Source: Coleofasciculus chthonoplastes F2-STO-03 (GTDB taxonomy: Bacteria; Cyanobacteriota; Cyanobacteriia; Cyanobacteriales; Coleofasciculaceae). From it: a DNA stretch of 64,000 bases. Below, in pieces: positions 62,007-64,000 of the stretch. The stretch spans positions 15,564 to 79,563 of the forward strand of contig JAVJWO010000072.1 of assembly GCA_040222015.1 (NCBI GenBank), read 5' to 3'. The notes under the pieces were generated by a model that was given only the letters and a program-made list of their open reading frames with translations, had not been told where the DNA came from and ran no database searches. Each line of letters opens with the position of its first letter. Within the stretch, counting starts at the first letter, position 1. Position numbers and translations under genes: made by a program.

Positions 62007-62642
62007 GCCTTCTCCCCATCTTTTTTAACTGAGTTAATCGCCCAGGGAGAATCAACCATAGAAACTATTTTACCCGCCGAATGCATCCAACCGGAACCGA
62101 AAAAGAATCGACGTTATGATACAGCGTTGTTGTTCCTGATTTACCCGTTACAATTGGTTCCAGAAACTACAGCAAATCAAATTCTAGATAATATTATTAC
62201 TCATCTGCAAGGTGACTATGGTATCCGGCGCTACTTAGGGGACTCTTACTGGTGCGCCAACTACAAGAAAAAGTTGCCACCCCAAGAACGGACAAGGGAT
62301 TGGAGTGAAAGCATTGAGGAGCGCGATCGCTTATTGGCGGATGGGGAACAAGCCCAATGGTGTGTTTTTGATCCAATTCTTTCTATTATCTTTGGACTTA
62401 AGTTTCAGCACCATCAACAGCCCCAGGATTTACAGCAACAAATCTATTATCTGAATCGTTCTCTGGGACAACTTACTGGAAAAGATAGCGAGTTTGGCGA
62501 ATTTAAATGTCCGGAACTTTATCATCGAGAAGATGACTCCTATGTTTCCAGTGATGCCACACCATTACTTTGGACACAAGCGAATTTAGCTGTGGCGCTG
62601 AACATGATGGAGACGAGTTTATCAGTCGGTGTTAAAAATTAA
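61995..62642 (+). pseudogene. 3' fragment of the GH15-like gene (direct repeat copy 2)
   Basis: in frame from ECDRAF to the stop, no start (TGA at 61983); keeps DATPLLWTQANL and the longer tail. Confidence 0.85.
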
Positions 62643-62822
62643 AGTTAACGGTTGAGATTAGGGAACACCTCGGACTTCGGCGTGAGCGCTCAGTCGAACG
62701 CTGCGCTCGGTGTGTAACAGGGAACAGGGAACAGTAAGAGGGTCAGGTAAATTTACAAAAATTTATACAGTACCGTTTTCTTTTTTCCGCCTACTTACTA
62801 TTGATTAATTGAATCGTTTATT

Positions 62823-63290
62823 TTAATCAATATCTTCATCTTGTTCCCTCTGCCACTGGGTTAACACGTCACCCGGATTAAACCCACGATACTGAAGATA
62901 ATTCCATAGCTTCCGCTTGGTTTTCGGATCAATATCATGAAAATCAGTAATTTTATACTTTCGCACAACCTTAGCTTTTAAACCATCCAGTTGTCCCCCT
63001 TCTTCCTCCTCCTCGGTTTGAGACTGCCAGATTTGTTCAAAAAACTCCGAATCAATTCCCTTATCTCGGCATTTACGTTTAATGAATATTTTGCCATATT
63101 TGCCTCGATAGGACGTGATCATGCTTTCTACAAAACGAGTATCCGATTGATAATTGAGGCGTTGCAGCTTCTCAATAGATTCAGTAATATCCTGGGCATC
63201 AAAGCCTTTAGTTTGGGCTTTTTGCGTGAGTTCAAAGACACTATATTCTCGACGAGCTAAAAGTTTACAGAAATAGTCAATACAATTCAT
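62823..63290 (-). CDS. recX: regulatory protein RecX
   Basis: LLARREYS..EL, YQSDTRF, YG..I...KG, YLQYRGF. Confidence 0.88.
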   Translation of the reverse strand: MNCIDYFCKLLARREYSVFELTQKAQTKGFDAQDITESIEKLQRLNYQSDTRFVESMITSYRGKYGKIFIKRKCRDKGIDSEFFEQIWQSQTEEEEEGGQLDGLKAKVVRKYKITDFHDIDPKTKRKLWNYLQYRGFNPGDVLTQWQREQDEDID

Positions 63291-63371
63291 TGATTGTCAG
63301 GATTAAATGGGTGGACACAATTAAAGTTAACGGTAGTAATCATCATTTGCCATTTGTCACCAAACCCTCTT

Positions 63372-63836
63372 TTATAGTACATTTGTTCGGGGGGGGGAGA
63401 CTTCTGTTAAACAAATCAGTTGAGTATCCGCATTAAAAACGGGGGTGATCGAAATGTTGAAATAGGTTGTATCATTAGCCGTTTTCCAGCCTACATTTTC
63501 CAGCGTGGCAGGATTGCGATCGCGATTCACTTTTTCAAAAGATTGGCATAAACCCGGAAGCTGCCAAAGTTGGAGACTTTGCAGGGAACTCCCCAGATCG
63601 TTGAGGGTTAAGCCAAATAGAGTATTTGCCTTTGCATTCGCCAGGATTAAGCAACGGTTGCTGTCTATGGCTAGCTGGGCGACGGGACTTGTCTCAAAGG
63701 CTGTTTGCCAGATGCGGATATCGGTAGCTGGAGAATCGATGGCTGGCTTTTTGCGCGATCGCGGACAGAGTTGCAAGTGTTCCTCTAACTCCAGTTTTAG
63801 CCCTTTCTGATAAACCCGATGCTGGTTCTTCAGTAC
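63372..63836 (-). pseudogene. PAS-containing C-terminal remnant of a CheR-type protein
   Basis: HRVYQKGLKLELEEHL precedes the PAS region (AFETSPVAQLAID..LAN..A..LFG); an in-frame TAA lies upstream with no ATG. Confidence 0.55.
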
Positions 63837-64000
63837 TTATTATGCTAAATTGTTAGTTGAAATATTCAAAGCCTTTATATAACAAAAGGTTTGGGCGTTA
63901 TCTGGATGTTTTTCTCAATTTTGAATAGCTGAGGCGCTACAATTATTATGGGGCTTGGTTTTTGATTGTTTAAACTGATAGTTTAGCATAGTAACTCCGG

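Noticed and set aside
60704..62055. Complete Thoeris system
   Set aside because: There is no separate ThsA (SIR2-SLOG or TM-Macro) partner, only a fused Macro-TIR gene.
61750..62055. Intact 101-aa USP gene as given in the ORF track
   Set aside because: The first ~16 codons are the antisense of the GH15 repeat, so the ORF is a chimera joined at HIP1.

Overview
A 64 kb chromosomal window from a cyanobacterium. The evidence is frequent HIP1 octamers (GCGATCGC), bicA-nhaS3, pgl-fraH, hpsJ-like/DUF502/nusB/ftsY, and pentapeptide, CHAT and WD40 genes. The repeat content suggests a filamentous oscillatorian (inference only). Most genes are housekeeping (ssb, cbiJ, uvrC, pgl, nusB, ftsY, folB, bicA, nhaS3, recX). 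Accessory blocks include a 7 kb haemagglutinin-CHAT gene with DUF928 and two TIR-TM-WD40 genes, an orphan C5 methyltransferase, two tandem dynamin-like genes and a Macro-TIR gene. Intergenic DNA is dense with GTAG-footed REP-like palindromes, nested MITEs and 7/9-bp tandem repeats, several of them in-frame inside genes. The best lead is a ~310 bp ORF-less element at 45638-45947 that folds like an IscB/IsrB omega (HEARO-type) RNA with IS200/IS605-like end hairpins. It sits exactly between a plausible RBS and the ATGA(A) start of the hpsJ-like gene, so its 5' flank (guide) plus ATGA (TAM) would match the empty allele. The second lead is a Macro-TIR gene enclosed by ~600 bp diverged direct repeats whose junction falls on a HIP1 site. 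All family assignments come from motif recognition by eye; no searches were run.
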